This document shows, one piece after another, positions 41,549 through 56,439 of a stretch of DNA of 64,000 nucleotides; position 1 is the first letter of the stretch; every line of letters begins with the position of its first letter. The translations under genes and the position numbers were made by a program. Source of the DNA: Octopus sinensis (taxonomy: Eukaryota); assembly GCF_006345805.1 (NCBI RefSeq), contig NC_043005.1:7812001-7876000 (forward strand), given 5' to 3'. The notes under the pieces were generated by a model. It was not told where the DNA came from and ran no database searches. It worked only from the letters and a program-made list of their open reading frames with translations.

Positions 41549-41689
41549 TAATAATAATAATGATAATAACAACTTTTTTTATTGGTCACAAGGACCACAA
41601 AAAATATTTAGGATAATACATAGACCAGGGCTGTGGCAAGTTACACAAGCACGTATAAGAAATAAAAACAAAAACAGTTGATTAGAAAA

Positions 41690-42255
41690 TCCCTATTACA
41701 AAAAATCCCTAATAGAGAGAGAAACAGGGTTCCTGTGGCAACGAAGGAACCCTGCATATCCAGACTCATTCTACTTACCAGGTGCTCCTGTCTTCCTCTT
41801 TGTTTTCGACCTACAGAAGCCTGCTTAGAGTAGATCCATTCAGCCGAGCAATTTCACTGTATTTTCCCACCTTACCAATTTACTGGTTGCCGGGGGTGTG
41901 GGTAACGTCTCCCTCTTAATAGTCACTTTCCTTTCCAAGAGGACTTAATAAAAGTCGACGAGAGCTTGGCCGAAAAAGGTAAGTAACCGTCTTCTGTCTT
42001 TTTAATCATGTTCACCATGCAACCTCTTTCATCAGGCAGGAAAATTGCCTGCTTTTCTCAGTCACAGAAAGGCAGCGGGGAGACCTCCTTGATGGAGTCG
42101 GCCAATAGCCAGATCCTACCTACACGTGATAGCACCCGCTTGATATAATTACACCAGTCAGCGATACCCAAAGCACTGTACGAGCGCGCAATACTGTTTC
42201 GTCAGTCTTTGCGCATCTCGAGTAGGCGTGGCTGACTGCACTACCATGCATGTGG
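41690..42255 (-). mobile_element. Tx1/L1-clade LINE 3' end, degenerate
   Basis: RCAKTDETVL (zf-RVT-like); CLMKEVAW; FGQALVDFY; LERKVTIKRE; RWENTVK. Confidence 0.65.
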
Positions 42256-42259
42256 AGTT

Positions 42260-42311
<52 letters not shown>

Positions 42312-42362
42312 GTAATAATAATGATGATGATAATAATAATAATGATGATGATGTTGATGATG

Positions 42363-42410
<48 letters not shown>

Positions 42411-42745
42411 GTTTCAAATTTTGGCACAAGGCCAGCAATTTTAGGGGGAGGGATTAATCAATTACATCAACTCCAGTAATTGACTGCTATCTAATCGAAG
42501 CCGAACGTATGAAAGACAAATGAGACCTCATCAATTCTGAAACTAATCAAAGTGGTAAAAACGTCACTGATAAAGTTCTGCTCATTAATTACCCATAATG
42601 TATATAGTGGCGAATTTAGACAATATTACCGGCCACGAGTATAAGATTAATAGTAATACTTGCAACACCAATAATAAGGACACTATTAACAGTAAATAAT
42701 AATAATCAAATTAAAAGCAAAACCAAAATTGAAAATAAAAACAAA

Positions 42746-43140
42746 TCTTTATATATAAAAGTGAGGTTGTGTGCTGTCTGTCTCCTACGATTTAGATTCC
42801 TAACTACTCCCACATTTTGCGGTGCAGTGTAACCAAAACCGAGTATCTTATAGTCGTGATTCATATCGAGCTCTTCTGAGTATTAGCGCGCGTCTACGAT
42901 GAGTCTACGATTTAAAAAAAATTTACCATAAATTTTTCCCATTTTTGATGCATTTTTGGCATATATAAGGGACGTAACTCTCTAAAAATTTATTATTAAA
43001 TCTCAGAACGTAAAAAGCTACAGTAACACCCCCCCTTTGTGGTTAGCCATATTGAGATTGCTATTATACTTTACATCTCTAAAAATGCTTATATAGTTAT
43101 TTCCCTTACAAACCCGAGCAACGCCGGGCGATACTGCTAG
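42746..43140 (+). mobile_element. Non-autonomous Helitron
   Basis: A/TC 5' end; 3' hairpin CCCGAGCAACGCCGGG followed by CTAG/T; no TSD. Confidence 0.85.
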
Positions 43141-44190
43141 TATTAAAATAAAGAAAGAATAAGTAGAATAATAATAGAAGTAACAATACGATTTAATTAA
43201 GAATTAGAGTAATAACAGCGGGGAGCACAAGTGGTAATAAAAGTAACAAAGGACGGTATTCGAGTGCTGCGTTGTACTGTATTGCCTTGTGCATTTTTAG
43301 TATCATCTACTCTATACGAAAATCTCAATCTTTTGGCTGTATCAGAAAAAGAAATTCATTTGTTCTTTAACTCTTTCAATTGTTTCAGTCATTTGACTGG
43401 GGCCATACTGGGTCACTGCCTATTTAGTCGAAGAAATCGACCCCTGGACAAGCGATGCATGGGGGTGGTCAAAGACAGACACACATAAATATATACATAT
43501 GTATACATACGACGAGTTTCTTTCAGTTTCTGTCAACCAAATTCGCTCACAAGGTTTTGGTCGGCCCGAGGCTATAGCAGACGACACTTGCTCAAGCAAG
43601 CTTCTTACCAAACAGCCACAAAGAAAATCTTGCATTGAAATATTTTAGTAGGTAATATTATGGCATTGCCTTCTATCTCAAACTCAGATGAAAGGAGCTA
43701 TGTAACAAACTTGAGGGAAGTTATTTAAAAAGTCACAGATACTGATTTAAAAGCAGTAATTCAGTGCTACAAAGCAAACACTCGACTAGTGGAAAATACA
43801 TCTGAAAAATACAAAGCCTGTTTGTCTCATTTTTCTTTGCTGTTTAGATGGCTAAAAGTTTCCTATACAAACTCTTTGAAAATTTGGAGCTTTGCACATT
43901 GAAAAATTGAGGCTAAGAATTTTGAAAACATATGGCTTTTATATATGGTAAAGCATTCAACTTTTACCACTCGTACTAATGATACATAAGATCGCAGCTA
44001 CAAATGATTGGGGATAAAAATTGTGGTGTAGTACGTATTTGATCTGGAGTTGGTCATAATATTTTTCTCATCCTTTGTTTAGTGATACATACTTTATCCT
44101 TCAGAGCTTCATTACAGAAAATAAAACTTGTATATAGGGAAATTTATACATTTCATGCTTGGTATTGAATAGAAACAGATTTATATACAA

Positions 44191-44587
44191 CCAGAGTATC
44201 GCCCGGCGTTGCTCGGGTTTGTAAGGGAAATAACTATAAAGCATTTTTAGAGAGTTATAGCCAAAAAATAGCAAAAAATGCATTAAAAATGGAAAAAAAA
44301 ATTATGGTAAATTTGTTTTTTTAAATCGTTGACTCATCGTAGACATTTTTAGAGAGTTCACTTCCCTTATATTAAAAAAAATGCATTAAAATGGAAAAAA
44401 ATGATGGTAAATTATTTTAAAAATCGTAGACTCTCGTAGACGCGGCGCGCTAATACCCAGAAGGGCTCGATATGAATCACGACTATAAGATACCCGGTTT
44501 TGGTTAAACTGCACCGCAAAATGTGGGAGTAGTTGGGAATCTAAATCGGATTAGACAGACACACAACCTTTCTTTTATATATAAAGA
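44191..44587 (-). mobile_element. Non-autonomous Helitron, same family, with an internal duplication
   Basis: On the minus strand: A/TC start, same hairpin, CTGG/T end. Confidence 0.85.
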
Positions 44588-47183
44588 TGTCTAAATATAT
44601 TGGTGATATAACAGATCTTAGAAGATAGGGTTAAAAGCATCAATTCATAATTACTTTTCTTCAAATATTATACAGTATCGCGATCGTGGAAACTTTAGAG
44701 ATGGATTTTGTTGACGATATGGAAAATCTTATTGGTGTAATTGCGCATTAATAGCGATTACACTGCACATGGTTTGGAAGAACAGATTAATGTACAATCG
44801 TTTATAAATATTCGATGAAGTCCAATGGAATGAAAGGCATTAGAAAGTGTCATAGACAATACACAAAGTACAATCTCTAACAATTTCTAGAGCACTCTCG
44901 TGTGTGTAAAATCAAAATGTTTAAGAGTAAATAACTAAAAGCGGTAGAGAGAGACTTAGACAACGTTCGTTTACTTAACGTATTAAAAGCTTCTTTGTCG
45001 AGGCAAGACAAAACGCTTGCTATATGAGGAAGAGAGTGAATCAAATGAGACAACATCATTACTGATGAAAACTAAGAAAGAAAGAAAGGAAAAAGAAAGA
45101 AAGAAAGAGAGAGAGAAAAAGAAAGAAAGAGCCAGAGATAGCAATTTTATATATGTTTAAATAAACATGGCTGTCAAATGTTTGGCTAAAATTTGTGATT
45201 GTCTAAAATAAAATTTGCGACAACGGTGAAAATGAATGTCTTTGGTATAAAGATGCTAACTTTATAAACAGAAAATTTACTACTGCTGGACATTCAAGGT
45301 ATTCAGGAGAATTACATTTGCTGGAATAAATAGCAACTCTACAATATACGAAATAAAATTTCACTTCATTGCTTCATTACCTTTACGTAGAAGGATGCTT
45401 AAAAAATATATAATGTCTTCATCCAAACTTAAGAGTTATCAACAAAGTATACAAATATCAACATATAAATTTCATTACAAGCTATTTTGAAGTACCGAAG
45501 TGTCTCCTGATATATAAAATCATCTAATAATTTAAAAAAATTATTTGAAAATTTTTATCAACTGTTTGTCTAGAAGTTGATTAGCAGGAGACTTTAGATA
45601 ATGCATCCCATGATACGCTGGAATTTCTAGTTTGCTGTAAAACACATAGAAATAATTTCTAGGGCAAATAACTGCAGATACGAAATCAGTCACCAATTCT
45701 ATCAATTATGGCTAGTAAGACTTCAGCTTAAGAATAAGCATGATCTGTGTGACAAACAAGGTAGAGAATTTACAAGAGATGTGTTGCTTGGTACTCATTG
45801 GTCGTTGCTATTTTGTAAATTACTTGCGATGAGTCTTATCAAATGAAAGAGTAGTGTTGCAATGACATCACTGAGTAATATTTACCATTTATTTTTAATC
45901 CAACACTGCACTTCGATATGATTATTTATTCATACTCACACAACATATACATGCATGCATACACACGTACATACATGCATACATGCATGCCGAGTAGACG
46001 AAACGGGGACAACTGAAAAAGGGGAATATTCCTTGTGTTGTATGTCTTGTACTCTGTTTTTTCGTTGTTTGAAAAAAAGTTCGTTTCCATGTTTTTGTTT
46101 TTGTGTTTTCGTTTCTCATTGTGTCCAACGTTTTGTTTTTGATGTCCTGTACTCATATATGCATGCATATATACATATAGATGTAGTTATGTACATATAT
46201 GTATGTATATATGCATATATTTATATATTATTTATATTATTACATACATACATGTGTGTGTATATGTCTGTGTGTTTGTATGTCTGCGAGTAATTGTGTT
46301 TGTATGTGTATATACATACACACACTCGCACACACACCATACAGACACATACGCACTTGTAAGTTGATATCTTATTCCACATAAGTACTATTCATCATAA
46401 TTTCCTATCCCATTTATTATTTCATAATTTATTGATTTTAGGTTTCCATTTCCCAGACGATATTTTCTTCTCATTCTTTTTATGAATCTTAGCTGGCTTA
46501 ATATTGACCTTTGACCAAACACTGTTGACCTTAGTCATCATCATGTTAATTCAGCCTAAATGTTTGTCTAGAGAGTCTAGTTTCGATCCTTTCACACATT
46601 TTATATTGGTTTACGAACTAAAACATCCCTAAAAAAAAAAAAAACATCATCTGATTTAATCATTTATGCCTTCCGTTCTCAAGAAATGATCTAGTTTCCT
46701 TTTGACTTTTCTTTGAAACTACATCTTTCTCTTTTATCTCCTACAATAATTTCATCTTTTTCTTTTTATCTTTCTTTTGACAATAAATTTTAAAGAAATT
46801 TTAAAATCCTGCTTGCTTAGTACCCTCTCTTTTTTCTCTTCTAACTCTAACCCACCACATCCCGTTCCTGCTGTGCATTTTGCCTTCTCTTCTCAATTCT
46901 TTCTTCAATATTATCTTTTGTTTTCTTTTGTCTTCAGTTTTCATTCATTCTTTTATATTTTCAGATTTTCCACTTTTCAATTTTCCTCCTTTCAAATATT
47001 TTCCCTTGCATTTTCTGAGAATTTTTACCATTGTTCTTTCAATATTTCATTATTTTCAACGCTTCTTCATTTCATTTCTTTTCTTTTCTTCTTTATTTTC
47101 AATTCTATTTGCCTTATTTTCCATTCGTCTTTTATTTGGCTCTGTTTACCTTTCTTTTTTCATTTCTCTTTGCTTCTATCAGT

Positions 47184-47535
<352 letters not shown>

Positions 47536-47794
47536 TTTCCTTTAAATCATTCAATACATGTTTCCTGGCCTTGTTATTAGAATATCAGACCAGCGGAAAT
47601 TGAAAATAAAGGGGAGAAATAAAAAAGAAAAAAACCTCAGAAAAAGATAAGAAAAAAAAAGAGAAAAAACAACAAGAAAACCAATACACAGAGACAAACA
47701 TACTGAAGAACACATACATGTAACAGCAACAGTAACAACTACAACAGCAACAAAGACGAGAACAACGGCTAGGGCGGCGGCGATATAAAATAAA

Positions 47795-47834
47795 CTATCT
47801 ATCTATCTATGTATGTATGTATCTATCTATCAAC

Positions 47835-47898
<64 letters not shown>

Positions 47899-47901
47899 AT
47901 A

Positions 47902-47978
<77 letters not shown>

Positions 47979-47989
47979 ATATCTGTCTA

Positions 47990-48043
<54 letters not shown>

Positions 48044-48046
48044 GTA

Positions 48047-48091
<45 letters not shown>

Positions 48092-48120
48092 GTGTCTGTC
48101 GTGTCTGTCTGTCTGTCTGT

Positions 48121-48217
<97 letters not shown>

Positions 48218-48294
48218 ATATCTCTCTATCTATCTATATGTATATATATATATATATGTATGTGTGTTTATACATACATACATACATACATACA

Positions 48295-48330
<36 letters not shown>

Positions 48331-48350
48331 TATATATATGTGTGTGTGTG
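47795..48350. repeat. (TCTA)n/(TCTG)n/(TACA)n compound microsatellite; similar tracts at 20823-20945, 21995-22296, 36910-37150
   Basis: Direct reading. Confidence 0.95.
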
Positions 48351-48692
48351 TACACATGCATACACAAACAAACATTCACTTGAGAATACACAAATGTCGT
48401 AGTAACAACAACAAAAAATATAAAGTCATAAAAACAGAGACAGACATGTACAGACATACATACTCCCCGACAGATAGACAGACTGGTATCAAGAAAGAGA
48501 AGGGGAGAGAGAAAGGGAGTGAAAGTAGATTTCGGATTTGTAATCGATTCCTCGAGAAAGTCGAAAATGATTAACCATAGCATTTTCTCTTTGTCCATCC
48601 ATCTGTCTGTCTGTCTGTCTCTTCAACCCCATTATATATATATATACATATATATAATATTACACACACACATATATATATATATATAATAT

Positions 48693-48744
<52 letters not shown>

Positions 48745-48794
48745 GCAATAATAATTCTCTAAAGAGATATAGACAGTAACTGCTCGATAACATA

Positions 48795-49130
48795 AGGGAC
48801 TAAAGCCATCTGAATTATTATTGCTGTCGAACAGATTTTCGAAATCAGCAAATGTATTTTGCTTGAAAATCTATATATGAATATCCTGCAGAGTGAGATT
48901 TCGTCGAGGAAGCGGAGGCCTACCACACGTTGACGATAGGCAATACATCTTGAAACCATGGTCCGTGTGTGGTTTCCGCTTCATCGGGGAATTATCTCCC
49001 TTTGCAGGTTAAAGGACACCGTGACGGTGTCAAGCCTATCTAGCGACGTCGATGTTCGCCTGGGGCTAAATGCAACAGTAACACCCCCCCCACCCTGCCC
49101 TGTCCCTAGCCATATTCAGATGGCTTTAGT

Positions 49131-49134
<4 letters not shown>
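48795..49134. mobile_element. MITE with 21-bp TIR
   Basis: AGGGACTAAAGCCATCTGAAT ... ATTCAGATGGCTTTAGTCCCT. Confidence 0.65.
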
Positions 49135-49172
<38 letters not shown>

Positions 49173-49713
49173 TATATATAATATATATATATATATTATA
49201 TAATATATATTATATATATATATACACACATATATACGCATATATGCATATGTATATATGTATAATTATATATATATAATATATATTTATATCATATAAT
49301 ATATATGATATTAAATATATGCGTACATATATATATATGCAAAATATATATATATAATATATATATATATTTATATATGAACATACCTACACAACATACA
49401 CACATATATGTGTATATATATGTGTGTGTGTGTATATATATATGCATGTATGTGTGAGAGTGTGCTTGCATGTGTGTATATATTTGTGTACGTAAGGTTA
49501 ATCTAGACATAATGATAATCCAATGATACCCCCCCCCCTCCTTAGCTCTCTCAACGGCACCACTAGTGTTCTTCTGTTTGCCTTTTTAATTGTCCAGTGG
49601 GCGAAGTGTGTAGACAGGGTGAAGTTGGAGATGGACGGTGGGAAGCATTTCTCTCTATTCAAAGCAGCACTGTGTACATGTGTGCTAATGTCTTGACTGG
49701 TATTACCATACAT

Positions 49714-49775
<62 letters not shown>

Positions 49776-50050
49776 ACACACACACACACACACAAATACA
49801 CACAATATATATACATACAATCTAAAGAGTGTCAGTGGATCAATGCATTCCCATGTGAGTATGTATGTGCGCATGTATGAATATATGCATGCATGTATTA
49901 TATGTGTGTATTATAAGTATGTATATAACATATACATTCTTTTTCATTATTTTATTTGTGTCAGTGATTTGACTGCATCCATGCTGGAGCAGTGCCTTTA
50001 GTCGAGCAAATCGACCCCAGGGCTTATTCTTTGTAAGCTTAGTAATATAC

Positions 50051-50114
<64 letters not shown>

Positions 50115-50374
50115 TTATTACTTATTATATTATATTAAACTTTTTAATACATTTTGATAGTTATATATAAAAAATATTAAAAAATTAAAAAAATTAAAAA
50201 TTTATAAATTAAAATTAAAAAATATAAATATAAATTAAAAAAAATTTAATTTAAATAATTTAAATTTTAAATTTATATTTCATATATTTTGTATATTATA
50301 TTAATTATATTTATTTTTAGGTTTTGGTTTATGTTTTTGATTTGCCTAATAGTGGTTTTATCTCTAATTTAATT

Positions 50375-50430
<56 letters not shown>

Positions 50431-50699
50431 ATATATATTGTACTTATAATATTTATATATGCATGTATATATACATGTAGATGTAGGTGTACGTACATAT
50501 ATGTTTGTATATATGCACATATTTTATTTATTACACCATTGTCTGACAGCGCTTCGGGTTCGTTCGATTCTTCGCTTCGTTCCGTTTCTTATCCTCCCAA
50601 TATTGTTTTATAATATAATTATGTCGCGAAATTCTATCCCTTTGCTTTACCTTCCCCTCTCTCTCTTCCTCTTCCTCATCACTCTCTCAGCCGCGTGTC

Positions 50700-50736
<37 letters not shown>

Positions 50737-51380
50737 TCCTCACTTTTGTCACTGCTGGTCCTTTTGCACGTTGCTTTTAAACCGTTTCCATGTTTCCATG
50801 CGCTTGCCAGAACCTCTTCCGTCCCAGCCAGAACAAAGGCCTTCGTTTGTTTTTCTCGTTTGTTTTCTTGTTTATTTTGATTTCTTGTATTGTAATTTAT
50901 TTCTCGTTTTGTATTTTTCTTGTACATGTATTTTTATCTTGTATTTTATTGTGCAGTTTTATTGTTACGTCCTGTTTGTGTTACATTTTTTTGTGCTTGT
51001 TTTACCCCTATGCGAGGTTATTTTATTTTAATTCTCTCGCAGGAAGGCCTAGTATTGACGAGTCGTGTCCTGTCTTGCCTTCGAAACACGCTAAGTCTAC
51101 TAGCGACAGCTGATGAAGGGGATTTTTCCTTGTGTAGTATGTCCTGTGCCTTGTTTTTCTGTTGTAAATAATGTTCTTCCCGTTTTCCTTCACGTCCTGT
51201 TCCACGTCTCTGTCTTTCTGTTGTAAAAAAAATGTTTTTTCCGTTTTCGTTTCTGTTGAGTTCTACGTCTTTTTGTGGTGTCCTGTACTTATATATATTT
51301 ATATATGCATGTATATATACATGTAGATGTAGGTACGTACATATATGTTTGTATGTATGCATATATTTTAGTTATTACAC

Positions 51381-51419
<39 letters not shown>

Positions 51420-51857
51420 TTGGCGGTTTATTGTAGCCAACGATAGGACTGCGATTGCGTAGAAAAATTTGAAAAGTTAGATCGTATAAACAGGTAGCGG
51501 TGCTTGTCTTCTGTCTTATATGTTTTAACCCCAGGTTGGACCTCGCCGAAGAAGATCAGACCTTGCGAGTTCCCCCGACTTGCTAAAAGAAGATCAGAAA
51601 CCAATTTGGTCCGGGGTACGAGATGGTAAATGTTTTTCATTTCCAAATTTATTCCCGTCGAATTTTATCCGTTATTTTTATGGTTCTATAATGTGTTGAA
51701 TCTCACCCTAAGTGGATTCCTTATGTGTTTAAATATGCACTATATCGTATAACTAATATATAGTCTTCTTGACTAATTTTTTTGCACGTTAGACCACTGG
51801 AAATGTAAATTTTGATTGAATATTTTAAATTTAATTAAAGCCCATTTCTCTTTGATA

Positions 51858-51918
<61 letters not shown>

Positions 51919-51950
51919 ATATAATATATACATATACATACATATATACT

Positions 51951-52013
<63 letters not shown>

Positions 52014-52898
52014 CATATATATATACAAATAAGAGAAGAAATGCAGCCACAATTAACCTTTAGAAGTTGATCACAAGCAACTGTACAGACACATGCAACC
52101 TTTAAAGGACACAAAAATGTAAGCCTAAAGATTTAATGCACTTTTTTCCTTCCTTTCTGTTTTGTTTCTTTCCTTTTCCCTATTTGTTATTTGTTACATG
52201 GAACGAGATAAATGCAAGTTTACATCAAAAATAACAAACTGCAACAGCTGTAAATGATTTTTTGGGAAGCACTCCGTCGGTTACGACGACGAGGGTTCCG
52301 GTTGATCCGAATCAACGGAACAGCCTGCTCGTGAAATTAACGTGTAAGTGGCTGAGCACACCACAGACAAGTGTACCCTTAACGTAGTTCTCGAGGATAT
52401 TCAGCGTGACACAGAGAGTGACAAGGACGGCCCTTTGAAATACAGGTACAACAGAAACAGGAAGTAAGAGTGAGAGAAAGTTGTGGTGAAAGAGTACAGC
52501 AGGGATCACCACCATCCCCTGTCGGAGCCTCGTGGAGCTTTATGTGTTTTCGCTCAATAAACACTCACAACGTCTGGTCTGGGAATCGAAACCGCGATCC
52601 TATGACCGCGAGTCCGCTGCCCTAACCACTGGACCATTGCGCCTCCACATTGCAAATGATATTGTAACTATAATTAAAACTGTGACCATTTAATACCAAT
52701 GATCAACTTCTAATTGTTAATTGTTGCTCCATTTCCTATCTTATCTGAATATATTAAACCACGATTTACCATTTAAATTACCAACTACAGTTAAACATAC
52801 ATAGTTAGGTAACACCAAGTTGTGCCAACGGATACTTAATCCCTTATACGGTGCATAAGCTCTAACTCATGATTATGTATATATATATATATATATAA

Positions 52899-52942
<44 letters not shown>

Positions 52943-52953
52943 TATATATATAG

Positions 52954-53063
<110 letters not shown>

Positions 53064-53951
53064 ATATATATATATATATATAACAAACATGTTCATATAT
53101 AGCTTTGTGCGGGTGAGTATATGTGTATGTGTGTGTGCGTGTGTATCTATATGTGAACGTATTTACACGTCTGTATGCGATGTTCTATTAGGTTTTTTTT
53201 TCTCGAACAAAAGCGGATCTTCAAGAAAGTAGATTAGGTGATTGTATCAGCATTGACAGTAGTGATGATGTGTTGGTACTGACGTGTTGGTGTCGCTATT
53301 GATGTTGCTTGAATGATGCTTTCAGTGTTTCAGTGATGGTGGTACACTGTGAGTATGTGTTTGGTTAAATGATAGTGGAGCGGCATTTTTGTTGGTGATA
53401 TTGTTTCGGTGACATGCTGGTGTTTAATGGATTTTATTCTTTACACCTATGCGAACCTTGACGGAACGGGCTTATAATCAAAAGTCATATGTTTTATCTT
53501 TTATTTGTTTCAGTCCTCAGACTGTGTCCAAGCTGGAGCACCACCTTGAATAATTTTCAGTCGACTGTATCGACCCCAGTGCTAATTTTTAAAATCCTGG
53601 TACTTGTTCTAACGGTCTCTTTCGGGGATGTAAACACACCAGCATCTGTTGTCAAGTGGTGTGTGTGTGTGTGGGGGGGATAAACACAGCCACAAAGACA
53701 AACACACACACACACACAGGTACATATATTCGACAGAATATTTTCAGTTTCCATCTACCAAATTTACGCACAAGGCTTTGGTCGGTTCGGGACTATAGTA
53801 GAAGACTCGCCCAAGGTGTTACGCAGTGGGACTGAACCCGGAACCATGTGGTTGGGAAGTAAATCTTATCTTATTTTTGAGACAACATTTTCCCAAGATG
53901 TCAATTTCAAGATAATAAAATACATTTTGAGAATGAATTATTGCTATTTCT

Positions 53952-54367
53952 TATTTCTTTATTGCCCACAAGGGGTTACATATAGAGGGACCAAACACGG
54001 AGAGAGAAACGGATTAAGTCGATTATATCAACCCCAGTGCGTAACTGGTACTTATTTAATCGACTCCGAAAGGATGAAAGGCAAAGTCGACCTCGGTGGA
54101 ATTTGAACTCAGAACGTAGCGGCAAACGAAATACCTATTTCTTTACTACTCCCAAGGGGCTAAACACAGAGGAGACAAACAAGGACAGACAAACGGATTA
54201 AGTCGATTATATCGACCCCAGTGCATAACTGGTACTTATTTAATCGATCCCGAAAGGATGAAAGGCAAAGTGGATCTCGGCGGAATTTGAACACAGAACG
54301 TAGCGGCAGACGAAATACCGCTAAGCATTTCACCCGGCGTGCTAACGATTCTGCCAGGTCGCTCGCT
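53952..54367 (-). mobile_element. SINE family A dimer (184-bp period)
   Basis: 14-bp TSD TTATTGCTATTTCT at 53938-53951 and 54368-54381. Confidence 0.9.
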
Positions 54368-55689
54368 TTATTGCTATTTCTAGCAAGTTGAGAGACGTGT
54401 AGAGGCGTCTTCGTTGTTCTTTTGTAGTAGAGTTTGTAGTCTTTGTTGGTAGTAGATTTATATCGGCAGATTTGGATTTTCTGTTTTACTGTTGTTAGAC
54501 GCATAGCGTTGCTCTTGAATAATAATGTTGGTGCTAACACAGGCAATATTAGTGTAGTGGTAGTAGTCGTAGTGACGTGTATTATGGTCTTGGTTGTGGT
54601 TATAGTTCATGTAGTAGTGTTCATAATGACAGAGCTTGCGGTGTTAAAAATGATGATATCCGCTTTGGTCATAGCGATGATCGACAATGGATATGACAGT
54701 GAATGTTATAGGGAAGGGTGTAATGGAAGTGAGTTAGGTTGGATGGAAATTGAAGAGAAAGGAGAAGTAGGAGAAACGAAATTTAAAAAAGATTGAAAGA
54801 AAAAAAAATACTAACACTAAACAGCATGGAGAAAAATGTAAATGAAATATGAGACTGAATGCATTAAAGAACATCAACGATAAAAAGTTAAAAAAAAACA
54901 AACAGCAGATTGTATAGTAGCAGCGCTAATAATAACAACGACAGCAACAATAATTATAGAACACTCAATAATAAAAAAAGAAGACATCAATGCAAATAAC
55001 AATGTATGCAGTTAAAATCAGCAACAACAGCAACTACAACAGCAGCAACAGCAATAAAATCAACAATGATAACATGAACAAGATGAACGATTGGGGGGAA
55101 AAAAACTGTGTAATTAGAAGTCAAGTGAAAGTAGAGGATCGATTCTAGACATGTGATCATATGAGCATTGTTACTCACACATGCATACGCAAATCCATTC
55201 ATTTATACACACAGATCTATATATACCTGTGGAAATAGATGGATATAGAGACGGGTTTGTAATACTACACAGACATAGAGTCAGGCACTTGTAATACTTA
55301 TACATACATATGCATCGTATGCACACACACATACTCTTACAAAGACATGTACATATATGCATGAATGCACACCTGCACACATATATATATACATATACAT
55401 ACACATATGCAAACTCATATTTTCCAACATGCGTGTGTACATGTGTATTTCTATGTATATTTTTGTAGGCTTTGCGATATATATATATATGCACACAAAC
55501 ACACATGTGCGGACACATATTTCTACACAGGTGCACATATATTCACAAGCAAATCACAGTACGAGATTTAAACCTGTACTCATCTACAAACTTAGGTGTC
55601 ACAGGGCCTACAGCTCTCTCTTTATCTATCTTTCCTTCTCTCTCTTTTCCTCTTCCTCTCTTTCTCTATCTCTCTCTCTATATATATAC

Positions 55690-55760
<71 letters not shown>

Positions 55761-55913
55761 ATATATATTATATCATAAATATATATATATATAGATATAT
55801 ATATTATATATTATATATATATATATATATACCCATATATTTCGATATTACAAACATGCACACATATACAACTATACACACCACACACACACCTCGCATG
55901 CACACACATATGC

Positions 55914-56165
55914 GGAGGCGCATGGCTTAGTGGTTAGGGTGTTGCACTCACGATTTCGAGATCGTGGGTTCGATTCCATTTCACGTTGCTCTGCTATCAT
56001 GTCGTCAGCTGACATGTGGCACATGATGCACCTTTACAGTTAATTTCGATTGGATGGAGGGAGTGAGCTTCTGTGTACACAAGCATTTGATCACTATAAA
56101 CAAATTATATGTGTGGTTGTTCGGGAAGAAATCGCCGAACCCCCAAACGTCGTCTAACGACGAGA
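55914..56165 (+). mobile_element. SINE family D; second copy at about 33345-33640(+)
   Basis: A box TGGCTTAGTGG and B box GGTTCGATTCC; shared body CATTTGATCACTATA...GTTGTTCGG.AAGAAAT.GCCGAACC. Confidence 0.75.
55923..55978 (+). promoter_or_regulatory. Consensus-like RNA polymerase III type 2 internal promoter in a SINE head
   Basis: TGGCTTAGTGG (A box) and GGTTCGATTCC (B box) at tRNA-like spacing. Confidence 0.55.
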
Positions 56166-56313
56166 TACATACGTACATAATATATATATATATTATATAT
56201 ATACCACACACACACAGACATACATACTACATACATATATATTATATATATATATATTATATATATATATATATATCTTTATGTAGCATATCATATATTA
56301 TAAATAGATATGT

Positions 56314-56356
<43 letters not shown>

Positions 56357-56439
56357 TAAATTTATAATATATGTTTATATTATGTATGTATGTATGCATG
56401 TATATATATATAAACTTAGAACTTAGATAAACTTAGATA

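Noticed and set aside
43620-45900. Additional protein-like frames on both strands (also 23340-23520, 34560-35000, 37580-37700, 39660-40670, 59500-59960)
   Set aside because: May be further pseudo-exons, but frame and strand were ambiguous or splice signals weak, so they are not listed as features.
51040-51125. Possible type II hammerhead (CCTTCGAAAC...GTC...CTGATGAAGGGG)
   Set aside because: Stem I is unpaired and the first stem II pair is an A-C mismatch.
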